From positions 121 through 64,120 of the forward strand of contig JAQTVB010000002.1 of assembly GCA_028707005.1 (NCBI GenBank): a DNA stretch of 64,000 bases. Reading direction: 5' to 3'. Under the pieces are notes generated by a model, which was given only the letters and a program-made list of their open reading frames with translations, ran no database searches and was not told the DNA's origin. Source of the DNA: Patescibacteria group bacterium. GTDB taxonomy: Bacteria > Patescibacteriota > Patescibacteriia > Patescibacteriales > GWC2-42-12. A program made the translations under genes and the position numbers. Of the stretch, positions 27,254 through 35,929 are shown piece by piece (positions within the stretch are counted from its first letter, which is position 1; every line of letters starts with the position of its first letter).

Positions 27254-29452
27254 ATGTCCGATAACATTCTACAGAATTTATTCAACCCCAGCCCCCGCGG
27301 CAAAATAAAGTGGATTTTTGTTTTAATAATTATTTTGGCCATCACCGCCTCGCTGATTGATTTTGGCGATTATTATAATAAGGCGGTGGATAAATTTAAA
27401 ATTCCTTTCCCCAAAGTCAAGGAAATTCCTTTTAGGCTGGGCCTGGATTTATTGGGCGGCACGCAGCTCACTTATCAGGCCGATGTTTCGGCGATCGCGG
27501 CCGCAGACAAGGGGAGCGCGGTGGAAGGCGTTAGAGATGTGATTGAAAGAAGGGTTAATACGTTCGGCGTTAGCGAACCCAATGTGCAGATCAATCGAAC
27601 GACTTCGGGCGATTACCGCATCATCGTGGAATTAGCCGGCATTAAAGATATCAAGCAGGCCATTACCATGATCGGCGAAACTCCGCTTCTGGAATTTAAA
27701 GAGCAGAATACGGAAATCAGAAAAATAACAGATGAGGAAACCAAGCAATTAAATGATTATAATAAAGCGGCGGAAAAGCGCGCTACCGAAGTTTTAGGCA
27801 AAGTAATTTCCGGCGGCGATTTCAGCGCCCTGGCGAAAACTTACAGCGAAGACGCGGCGACAAAAGATCGGGGCGGCGATTTGGGCTGGATTACGGAGCA
27901 GAGTAATTCCGCGATATACAATTTAGCGAGTAAAATCGCGGTGGGAAAAACCAGCGCTGATTTGGAAAAAGTAAGCGGCGGCTATGAAATTATAAAAGTT
28001 GAAGATAAACAGGCAAAAACCGATGCTTTTACCAAGGCGGAAGAAACCCAGGTGAAAGCCTCGCATTTGTTGATTTGCTGGACCGGCATTAGCAATTGCG
28101 AAAGCGGTTTGACTAAAGAGCAGGCTTTGGAAAAAATTACCAGACTGAAGGAGCAGGCGACGACGGCCAATTTTAAGGATTTGGTCAAGCAGAATTCCAC
28201 CGAGCCTAACGCGCGCGATACGGGCGGCGATTTGGGCTGGTTTGCGAAAGATATGATGGTTAAAGCGTTCGCGGACGCGGTTTTCGCGCAGAAAGTAGGC
28301 GCGATTTCCGGTCCGGTGGAAACCGAATTCGGCTATCATCTGATTTATAAGCAAGATGAGAAGAAAATAGAAGAATTGAAAGTAAGCCATATTTTTATAA
28401 AAATCAAAACCGAAGAAGATATCATCGGCAAGCAGAGCGAATGGAAGAATACCGAACTTACCGGTAAGAACTTGAAATCAGCGGCCGTGGAATTTGATTC
28501 CAATAGCGGTTCGCCGGAAGTAGCTTTAACCTTTGATGATGAAGGCGCAAAATTATTTGAGACTATTACCGAACGCAACATAAATAAGCCGGTGGCGATT
28601 TATCTTGACGGCTACGCCATCAGCGTGCCCACGGTCAATGAAAAAATTACCGGCGGCAAAGCGGTGATTTCCGGAAAGTTTAATATTACCGAAGCTAAAT
28701 TGCTGGCGCAAAGGCTGAACGCCGGAGCTTTACCGGTGCCGATTAACCTGGTTAATCAGCAAACCGTGGGCGCGAGCCTGGGGCAACAATCGGTGGCAGA
28801 CAGCCTTAAGGCCGGCTTAATCGGTTTTATAATCATCGCCTTATTTATGATTGTTATTTATAGATTGCCCGGGTTGATGGCGGTTCTGGCCTTAGCGGTT
28901 TATAGCTTGCTGGTTTTTGCCTTATTTAAGATCGGTTTTTCCATGGCGGCCTTGGTTTTGGTCGGGGCTTTTCTGATTATCGGCATCACGGTGAATGGTT
29001 GGTTTCTGGTATTTGCCTTTTTGAGTTATATCGTTTTGTATTTTATCGGCGGTTTGGCGCCGGTTACTTTAACTTTAGCCGGCTTGGCCGGAGCCATCGT
29101 TTCAGTGGGCATGGCCGTGGATGCCAATATTTTGATTTTTGCCCGTTTACGCGAAGAAATTATCAATGGCAAACCGCTATCTTCAGCCTTGGACGACGCT
29201 TTTAAGCGCGCCTGGCCGTCAATCAGGGACAGTAATTTCAACACGCTGATCACTTGCTTGATTTTGATCATGTTCACTACCAGCGCGGTCAAAGGTTTTG
29301 CCGTGACCTTGGGCTTGGGCGTTATTATTTCCATGTTCACCGCGATTTTCATCACCAGAAATTTCTTGAGCTTGATTCCGCCGACTTGGCTGGAAAAGCG
29401 GCACGCTTTGATCACGTCGGTGAAAGCGCCGAAGCCTTCGGATAATGAATAG
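27254..29452 (+). CDS. secD: protein-export membrane protein SecD carrying two parvulin-type PPIase domains in its periplasmic head
   Basis: 732 aa. SecD N-terminal TM, LGLDLLGG and C-terminal 6-TM core. Residues ~155-395 contain two copies of the parvulin signature (GGDLGWI... and GGDLGWF...FGYHLI). Confidence 0.85.
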   Translation: MSDNILQNLFNPSPRGKIKWIFVLIIILAITASLIDFGDYYNKAVDKFKIPFPKVKEIPFRLGLDLLGGTQLTYQADVSAIAAADKGSAVEGVRDVIERRVNTFGVSEPNVQINRTTSGDYRIIVELAGIKDIKQAITMIGETPLLEFKEQNTEIRKITDEETKQLNDYNKAAEKRATEVLGKVISGGDFSALAKTYSEDAATKDRGGDLGWITEQSNSAIYNLASKIAVGKTSADLEKVSGGYEIIKVEDKQAKTDAFTKAEETQVKASHLLICWTGISNCESGLTKEQALEKITRLKEQATTANFKDLVKQNSTEPNARDTGGDLGWFAKDMMVKAFADAVFAQKVGAISGPVETEFGYHLIYKQDEKKIEELKVSHIFIKIKTEEDIIGKQSEWKNTELTGKNLKSAAVEFDSNSGSPEVALTFDDEGAKLFETITERNINKPVAIYLDGYAISVPTVNEKITGGKAVISGKFNITEAKLLAQRLNAGALPVPINLVNQQTVGASLGQQSVADSLKAGLIGFIIIALFMIVIYRLPGLMAVLALAVYSLLVFALFKIGFSMAALVLVGAFLIIGITVNGWFLVFAFLSYIVLYFIGGLAPVTLTLAGLAGAIVSVGMAVDANILIFARLREEIINGKPLSSALDDAFKRAWPSIRDSNFNTLITCLILIMFTTSAVKGFAVTLGLGVIISMFTAIFITRNFLSLIPPTWLEKRHALITSVKAPKPSDNE

Positions 29453-29475
29453 TTTAATTATTAATTAATAAAGTT

Positions 29476-29694
29476 ATGAAATCACCAGAAATTGGCACAT
29501 CAGCCACTGAAAAGTTAGTGGTTGGATCAAGGGTCGAAGGCTTTCATAATCAAGTGATTGCCAGGGGGAAAATAATTGATGAAAAACTTGCAGAAACTGG
29601 AGGCCGTCAATTTAGAGTTCGGTGGGATAATCCTAGTCATGGCGAAGCTGATTGGTTTAATGAAAGCGAATTAAAGGATGTCAGCAATCAATAA
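29476..29694 (+). CDS. small hypothetical protein between secD and secF
   Basis: 72-aa ORF. It may have an SH3/Tudor-like beta fold by composition. No motif recognised. Confidence 0.35.
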   Translation: MKSPEIGTSATEKLVVGSRVEGFHNQVIARGKIIDEKLAETGGRQFRVRWDNPSHGEADWFNESELKDVSNQ

Positions 29695-29701
29695 TCAATT
29701 T

Positions 29702-30604
29702 ATGACTAACTTCAAAATAATTCAAAAACGCAACATTTGGCTAACGATTTCCGGAATTTTATTCGCAGTATTCGTGGCAGCCCTATTTTTATGGGGTTTT
29801 AAGTACGGCATTGATTTTACCGGCGGCAGTTTATTGGAATTAACCTACGAGGGCCAGCGGCCGACAGTAGAGCAGGTTGAATCAAGCTTGGCGGATTTGA
29901 AATTAAGCAGTTTCATTATTCAGCCGGTCGGCGAGCAGGATATGCTTTTGAAGTTTCAGGAAACCATGGAGGAAACTCATCAAGCAATTTTAAGCAGATT
30001 GGCCAATTTGGCGAAGCAAGATAATACCACTTTTCTAGAGCAGAGATTTGATTCGGTCGGCCCGTCAATTGGCGCCGAGCTAAAAGTAAAATCTCTCTGG
30101 GCCATATTTTTCGCGTTGATAGCCATGCTGATTTACATCACTTACGCTTTTAGAAAAGTTTCTCGGCCGGTAGCTTCCTGGAAATACGGTCTGTCCGCGA
30201 TTTTGGCCATGTTCCATGATGCGGTCATTACTATGGGCGTATTCGCCTTTTTAGGGCATTTCTACGGCGTGGAAATCAATACGCCCTTTGTGGCCGCGCT
30301 GTTAACCGTTATTGGCTATTCAATACATGATACGATCGTGGTCTTTGACCGCATCCGCGAGAATTTGCCAAAAAGCGATTTGGATTTTGAGGGAACGGTA
30401 AATGTAAGCTTGAACCAAACCATCGGGCGTTCGCTCAATACTTCCATGACCGTACTGTTGGTGTTGCTGTCTATTATTATTTTCGGCGGCGCCAGCATCA
30501 GAACTTTTGCCCTGGCTTTGGCAGTCGGAATTTTCATCGGCACTTATTCGTCTATTTTCGTAGCGCCGCCGCTGCTCGTCATCTGGGAAAAGTGGAAAAA
30601 GTAG
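29702..30604 (+). CDS. secF: protein-export membrane protein SecF
   Basis: Contains GIDFTGG, a 6-TM core and HDTIVVFDRIREN. The ATG at 29702 avoids overlap with the upstream small ORF. Confidence 0.9.
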   Translation: MTNFKIIQKRNIWLTISGILFAVFVAALFLWGFKYGIDFTGGSLLELTYEGQRPTVEQVESSLADLKLSSFIIQPVGEQDMLLKFQETMEETHQAILSRLANLAKQDNTTFLEQRFDSVGPSIGAELKVKSLWAIFFALIAMLIYITYAFRKVSRPVASWKYGLSAILAMFHDAVITMGVFAFLGHFYGVEINTPFVAALLTVIGYSIHDTIVVFDRIRENLPKSDLDFEGTVNVSLNQTIGRSLNTSMTVLLVLLSIIIFGGASIRTFALALAVGIFIGTYSSIFVAPPLLVIWEKWKK

Positions 30605-30674
30605 CCCGATATTGTTTCAATTCTATTTAAATGATATTATTGTTAATATGCGATAGGGCAAATATAATAAATTT

Positions 30675-30893
30675 ATGACATTAAGTCCGGAACAATTCAA
30701 TAAGCTAGTTACTAAAGACGAATTCAATGAATTAAAGACAGAGATTAAAGAAATGGGTGCCAATGTTAAGAGAATTCTGACGGGCGTTGATGGTATCGCT
30801 AAAAAGCATCAAACCTTTGAGGTTGAATTGACCGCTAATCAAGCGGCTCACGATCGTTTTGAAGAAAGAATAAAAGTGCTTGAAGAAAAATAA
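30675..30893 (+). CDS. small coiled-coil hypothetical protein
   Basis: 72-aa ORF, followed by a terminator. Confidence 0.4.
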   Translation: MTLSPEQFNKLVTKDEFNELKTEIKEMGANVKRILTGVDGIAKKHQTFEVELTANQAAHDRFEERIKVLEEK

Positions 30894-30901
30894 AATCAGA
30901 T

Positions 30902-30936
30902 AAAAAACAACGTCAGTTTTAGAGGTTGTTTTTTAT
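30902..30936 (+). terminator. rho-independent terminator
   Basis: AAAAAACAAC/GTTGTTTTTT 10-bp stem ending in a T-run. Confidence 0.6.
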
Positions 30937-31012
30937 TGAAAAAAATTTTGACAAAGCAGGCGATTTTAAGGTAAACTAAAGGAGTGATTTGCCATTGCGA
31001 ACGACTTTTTTT

Positions 31013-31089
31013 GTCATTCCCGCGAAAGCGGGAATCCAGAGTTGTATGCTCTAGCCATGTTTCTGGATCCCCGCTTTCGCGGGGATGAC
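31013..31089. repeat. GTCATTCCCGCGAAAGCGGGAATCC...GGATCCCCGCTTTCGCGGGGATGAC palindromic element in the mreB leader
   Basis: Each arm is itself a hairpin (CCCGCgaaaGCGGG). A TTGACA-18-TAAACT promoter-like pair lies upstream at 30948-30977. Confidence 0.75.
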
Positions 31090-31101
31090 AATACAACTTT
31101 A

Positions 31102-32145
31102 ATGTTTAATAAATTTTTTGGAAAATTTTCTAAAGATTTGGGCATTGACTTGGGTACGGCTAATACTTTGGTTTATACGCCGGACAAGGGGATTGTAATA
31201 AACGAACCGTCGGTGGTGGCGGTTAATTTGCGCACCGACGAGATTTTATGCGTGGGCACGGAAGCGAAAAAAATGCTCGGGAAAACCCCGCCCCATATTC
31301 AGGCGATTAAACCGCTGGTGGACGGCGTGATTTCGGATTTTGAAGTGACGGAAAAAATGCTTAAATATTTCATTGACAAAGTACACTCGGAATATTTTAC
31401 TTTAGTGCCGCGTCCCAGGGTGATAATCGGCATACCGCTGGACATCACCGAAGTGGAGAAAAAAGCGGTTGAAGACGCGGCCAAATCCGCCGGCGCGCGT
31501 GAAGTTTTTTTAATTGAGCAATCCATGGCCGCGGCCATCGGCAGCCGCCTGGATGTGACCGGAGCCCTGGCCACGATGATCGTTGATATCGGCGGCGGCA
31601 CGACCGAAATCGCGGTGATTTCCTTGGGCGGGGTGGTGACCTGGAAAACTTTGCGCCTGGCCGGCAACGCCATTGATAATGACATTATCCAGTACGTGCG
31701 CGAGGAATTTAATATTTTAATTGGCGAACAAGTGGCGGAAAATATAAAGATTAAAATCGGCTCGGCCGCGCCGTTAAAAGAATCAATGGAAATGCCTCTT
31801 CGGGGCCGCGATTTGATTAATGGCTTGCCCAAAGAAGTAATCATCACCGACAGCCAGGTGAGGGAAGCGATGCAGAGAATTATCCGCCAGATTATAGAGA
31901 ATATCAAAATCACTTTGGAAACCACGCCGCCGGAGCTGGTTTCTGATATTTATGGCCATGGCATAGTTTTGACCGGCGGCAGCGCGTTGCTTAGAGGATT
32001 GGACAAGGAGATCGCCCAAGCCACGAAAATTCCGGTAAGAGTGGCCGAAGATCCGCTTACTTGCGTGGTAAGGGGAACCGGCATTTTGCTTAGCGACCCC
32101 GAGCTCTTAGCCAAGGTTCTATCGCCGGCGACGGAAGAATATTAG
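31102..32145 (+). CDS. mreB: rod-shape-determining actin homologue MreB
   Basis: DLGIDLGTANTLVY, DIGGGTTEIAV and GIVLTGGSALLRGL. The ORF-track start at 31042 reads through the repeat, so I preferred the ATG at 31102. Confidence 0.95.
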   Translation: MFNKFFGKFSKDLGIDLGTANTLVYTPDKGIVINEPSVVAVNLRTDEILCVGTEAKKMLGKTPPHIQAIKPLVDGVISDFEVTEKMLKYFIDKVHSEYFTLVPRPRVIIGIPLDITEVEKKAVEDAAKSAGAREVFLIEQSMAAAIGSRLDVTGALATMIVDIGGGTTEIAVISLGGVVTWKTLRLAGNAIDNDIIQYVREEFNILIGEQVAENIKIKIGSAAPLKESMEMPLRGRDLINGLPKEVIITDSQVREAMQRIIRQIIENIKITLETTPPELVSDIYGHGIVLTGGSALLRGLDKEIAQATKIPVRVAEDPLTCVVRGTGILLSDPELLAKVLSPATEEY

Positions 32146-32147
32146 AT

Positions 32148-32262
32148 TAATTTTTAATTTTCAAATACCAATTTTCAATGAATTTTTAATGTTATAATTT
32201 TCAATTGAAAATTAGATAATTGGTCATTCATTAAAAATTGAAAATTGTAAATTGAAAATTAG
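32148..32262. repeat. AT-rich intergenic palindrome (aattttcaat family)
   Basis: The centre taattttcaattgaaaatta is a perfect palindrome, flanked by imperfect inverted arms. Confidence 0.6.
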
Positions 32263-32288
32263 GCATAAGGCAATAAAACTAAGCTGTT

Positions 32289-33119
32289 ATGGTAAAATTG
32301 AACGTGAAAAAATATACAACCATTATCGCTGTCATTGCGCTGCTTATTTTTTTGCATTATGCCAAAATATTATCTCCCCTGGAATTATACTTAAATCAAG
32401 GGCTAAGGCCAATTTATAAAATATTCTATTCAGTGAGCTCCAACATAAAACAAACATATCAAAGTCAGACTGATAAAACCGATCTGGCTTCAGAATTGAA
32501 TCAGGCTCGCGAAACCATCAACCGCTTGATGGCCGAGAACGTTGAATTGAGGTTTTTGGAAAAAGAAAATCAGGTTCTCCGCGAACAATTGAATTTTTTA
32601 TCAAAAAATAATCGGCGTTATGTAATGGCTAACATTATCTCTCGCGGCGATTTGGAGAATGGTGCGAAAAACAGCCAGGCGGTGGTAATTGACAAGGGAC
32701 TAAAAGACGGTTTATCGCCAGGCCTGGCGGTAGTAAGCGCGTCAAGCCTAGCCACTTCCAGCCGGGGAGTAATTATCGGAAAAATTTCCAATGTTAAGGA
32801 TGATATTTCCGAGATTCGCCTGGTGACTGACGAAAAATGTAAATTAGCCGCCGCTATTTTAGGAGATAATAAGACCATCGGCGTTACCAGTGGGGAGCTG
32901 GGATTAACGATAAAAATGGATTTTATTCCGCAGACGGAAAATATCAAAGCCGGGGATTTGGCGGCCACTTCCGGCCTGGAGCAGAATATACCGCGCGGCT
33001 TGCTTATTGGCCGGGTAGTAAAAGTTGATAAGGAAAATAATCAAGTTTGGCAAAGCGCGATTATCGAGCCGCAAATCGGTTTGGATTCTTTGTCGGTAGT
33101 TTCGGTTTTATTGCCATAA
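32289..33119 (+). CDS. mreC: rod-shape-determining protein MreC
   Basis: 276 aa. N-terminal TM, coiled coil (ENVELRFLEKENQVLREQL) and a C-terminal beta-rich domain. It lies directly after mreB. Confidence 0.8.
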   Translation: MVKLNVKKYTTIIAVIALLIFLHYAKILSPLELYLNQGLRPIYKIFYSVSSNIKQTYQSQTDKTDLASELNQARETINRLMAENVELRFLEKENQVLREQLNFLSKNNRRYVMANIISRGDLENGAKNSQAVVIDKGLKDGLSPGLAVVSASSLATSSRGVIIGKISNVKDDISEIRLVTDEKCKLAAAILGDNKTIGVTSGELGLTIKMDFIPQTENIKAGDLAATSGLEQNIPRGLLIGRVVKVDKENNQVWQSAIIEPQIGLDSLSVVSVLLP

Positions 33120-33120
33120 T

Positions 33121-33296
33121 AAATATAATCCGAATACTACAAATAAATATAATCCGAATATTACGAATTAATATGCGAATACTACAAAAGAATGCAAAAT
33201 GCGAAAAAGATAAATGCCGCAATTGTTAGATATTTGTAGTATTCGGATAATTTTTGTAGTATTTGAATTATATTTATTTGTAGTATTCGGATTCCA
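33121..33296. repeat. long AT-rich intergenic palindrome (aatccgaatactacaaa / tttgtagtattcggatt family)
   Basis: The left arm has three ccgaata(c/t)tac motifs. The right arm has three inverted copies. Confidence 0.7.
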
Positions 33297-33299
33297 TTT

Positions 33300-34244
33300 A
33301 TGCTTATAGAGAAAATAATCAAAAAGAATTACGATTTGACGTCTTTAACAACTTTCCGCATTGGCGGCAGGGCTGAATTTTTTGTGGCCATAAAAAACAA
33401 GCGGGAATTAACACAAGCCATCAACTGGGCGAGAGCGAAAAAATTACCAACATCATTTTTGGGCGGTGGCAGCAATATTTTAATTACTAGCCGTAAAATT
33501 CGCGGTTTGGTTATAAAAATCGGCGGAGAAAATTATTCCATAACGGGAAATATAGTATCAAGCTGGTCCGGTACCGGTTTAACCAGACTGGCAAAGATTA
33601 CCTACAATCATGGTTTATCCGGCTTGGAATGGGCGCTGGGAATTCCGGGAAGTATCGGCGGGGCCGTGCGCGGCAACGCCGGAGCTTACGGCAGCGATAT
33701 CTCCAGAAATGTCGCCCAAGTGGAAGCGTATGACATAGCTAAGAACAGGCTGATAACATTAAAATTACGAGCCTGTGATTTTGCTTACCGGGATTCTGTT
33801 TTTAAGCAAAATAATAATTTAATAATCGTTAATGTTAAATTAGCCTTAACTAAAGGCAATACGGAGGAAATAAAACGCCAGGCCAAAAATAATTTCCACC
33901 AGAGGCTGGCGAATCACCCCAAAGAGCCAAGCGCTGGCTGTGTTTTTAAAAATTTGGAATACGCGAAAATCGCGGAGCAAAATAAGAAATTGGCCGAAAA
34001 ACTGCTGGCCGAAGGCTTGTTTAGAGGCAATAAAATCGGCGCAGCTTATTTTATAGATCAGCTGGGGCTTAAGAGTGAAGTGAGGGGCGGCGCTAGAATT
34101 AGTGAGAAACATGCTAATTTTATAATCAATGCCGGCGGAGCTAAGGCAAGAGATGTAATTAGCCTGATAAGTTTTATTAGAAAAAAAGTTAAAGAAAAAT
34201 ACAAAATTAATTTAGAGGAGGAAGTCCAATATTTTGGAAATTAG
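33300..34244 (+). CDS. murB: UDP-N-acetylenolpyruvoylglucosamine reductase
   Basis: 314 aa. FAD-binding domain (FLGGGSNIL) and C-terminal GGARISEKHANFIIN. Confidence 0.9.
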   Translation: MLIEKIIKKNYDLTSLTTFRIGGRAEFFVAIKNKRELTQAINWARAKKLPTSFLGGGSNILITSRKIRGLVIKIGGENYSITGNIVSSWSGTGLTRLAKITYNHGLSGLEWALGIPGSIGGAVRGNAGAYGSDISRNVAQVEAYDIAKNRLITLKLRACDFAYRDSVFKQNNNLIIVNVKLALTKGNTEEIKRQAKNNFHQRLANHPKEPSAGCVFKNLEYAKIAEQNKKLAEKLLAEGLFRGNKIGAAYFIDQLGLKSEVRGGARISEKHANFIINAGGAKARDVISLISFIRKKVKEKYKINLEEEVQYFGN

Positions 34245-34483
34245 GTGATATTTTTTAAATTAATTCAGTTTAATTTAAAGGCTAAATTTAGCCTTTTTTT
34301 AAATATTAACGCTTTTTTTCCTTGACTTATAAAAAAAAATGTGTTAATATTATTCCAATAAAACGTATAGACAAAAAATTAATAGTCTTGTTTAATAATT
34401 TTTTAATAACCGAAATATTAGATAAACTATGTTTACTCCTTAAAATTCAAGTTTTAACGGAGCGGAGGAAAGAATAAAATTAT

Positions 34484-35740
34484 ATGGGCATAAAAGAAAA
34501 CGATAAAATTAATGTCGGAGCGGAGAACAAATCCATTTTAGACCAGATTATCAACAATAATCAAGCCGAAGAAGTCGCCAAGCTTGACGCTATTGAAATA
34601 ATTAACGATTTATTTGGCAAGCTCAATGAGAGAGAGCGCGACGTTTTAGTAAGGCGTTTTGGCTTGCATGGACATGAACGCGAAACCTTGGAAGAAATCG
34701 GCAAAATTCACAGTTTAACAAGGGAGCGCATCAGGCAGATAGAGACTTCGGGCATTAAGCGGCTGAGACAGATAGAAGATTTAGATAATCACCTTTTAAG
34801 CTTGAAAAATATCATCACTCATTTGCTTGAAGAACACGGCGGACTCATGGAAAAAGAATATTTATTCAATAATCTGGTAAGTTTTTCCCTGGGCGCGGAC
34901 AAAAAAGACGAAAGTGAAATAAAACACAAACGCCATTTTGATTTTTTGATTTCCAAATTATTGCATGAAGAGTTTGAAGAAATAAAAAATTCCGAACTTT
35001 TTAAAGAGTCATTTAAATTAAAATACCACTCGCTTGAGCATCTGGAAGCTTTAGCGGAAGAGCTGTTGGCTAAAATAAAGGATACCAAAAAATTATTCAT
35101 GACCGAAGATTTAATCAATTTATCCAAAGAGCTTGGCGCTTATAAAGCCAATTTGGAAAAATTCAACTTAAATAATAGTTTGGATGTTTCCGGCATCTCA
35201 ACGAGCGATTTATTTCAGGAGCCGGTTGACTCTATCAATAAAAATAAAGCCATTTATACTATTTTGCAGGCTGCCAAAAAATTGGAGCAAAATAAATTTG
35301 GCCATTGGGGCATTAGCGAATGGCGCGAAATCAAGCCAAAAACGATTAATGACAAGATTTATTTAATTTTAAAAAATAACGGCAAGCCCATGCATTTCGC
35401 GGCAATTGCCGATAAAATAAATAAAATCGGTTTTGACAAAAAGAAAGCCAACGCGGCCACGGTCCATAATGAATTAATTTTGGATGAAAAGTACATTTTA
35501 GTCGGCCGCGGCCTTTATGGTCTGAAAGAATGGGGTTATAAAAAGGGCACGGTGGTCGAGGTGATCGAAAGCGTGATTATCAATTCCGGCGTGCCGTTAA
35601 GCCGAGAAGAAGTCGTCAATAAAGTCTTGGAGCAAAGGATGGTTAAAAAAGCTACGATTAATTTAGCTTTGATGAATAAGAATAGATTTGAACTTACTCC
35701 TGACGGAAAATATGGTGTGAAGCGGGGGAGCGACAAATAA
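34484..35740 (+). CDS. sigma-70 region-4 HTH fused to a C-terminal HARE-HTH-like domain
   Basis: ERERDVLVRRFGL...ETLEEIGKIHSLTRERIRQIE is a region-4-type HTH. The C-terminal part (IYLILKNNGKPMHFAAIADKI...GRGLYGLKEWGY) resembles the HARE-HTH of RNAP delta. Confidence 0.6.
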   Translation: MGIKENDKINVGAENKSILDQIINNNQAEEVAKLDAIEIINDLFGKLNERERDVLVRRFGLHGHERETLEEIGKIHSLTRERIRQIETSGIKRLRQIEDLDNHLLSLKNIITHLLEEHGGLMEKEYLFNNLVSFSLGADKKDESEIKHKRHFDFLISKLLHEEFEEIKNSELFKESFKLKYHSLEHLEALAEELLAKIKDTKKLFMTEDLINLSKELGAYKANLEKFNLNNSLDVSGISTSDLFQEPVDSINKNKAIYTILQAAKKLEQNKFGHWGISEWREIKPKTINDKIYLILKNNGKPMHFAAIADKINKIGFDKKKANAATVHNELILDEKYILVGRGLYGLKEWGYKKGTVVEVIESVIINSGVPLSREEVVNKVLEQRMVKKATINLALMNKNRFELTPDGKYGVKRGSDK

Positions 35741-35765
35741 AAAATCAATTTTTTAAGCATATATA

Positions 35766-35794
35766 AAAGCCGCCTATGAGTAAGGGCGGCTTTT
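35766..35794 (+). terminator. rho-independent terminator
   Basis: AAAAGCCGCC...GGCGGCTTTT stem with a T-run. Confidence 0.65.
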
Positions 35795-35929
35795 ATGTTA
35801 GGCCGTGGCGCTATTTTGCAAAATAAGGTGAAATATGGTAGAATAATAACAATATAATCGTTTTTAAAATGCGAAAAAAATACTTTCGCGTTTTCGTAGT
35901 TTCACATCAATAATCTTCGTATTATTACT

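Noticed and set aside
30896-31101. The minus-strand 66-aa ORF, and the N-terminal extension of mreB (ORF-track start 31042).
   Set aside because: Both are translations of the GTCATTCCCGCGAAAGCGGGAATCC palindromic element. The canonical MreB N-terminus begins at the ATG at 31102.
33047-33229. The 60-aa ORF spanning the mreC end and the murB-upstream palindrome.
   Set aside because: Its low-complexity peptide (IINIIRILQINIIRILRIN) is produced by translating the AT-rich repeat. It overlaps mreC.
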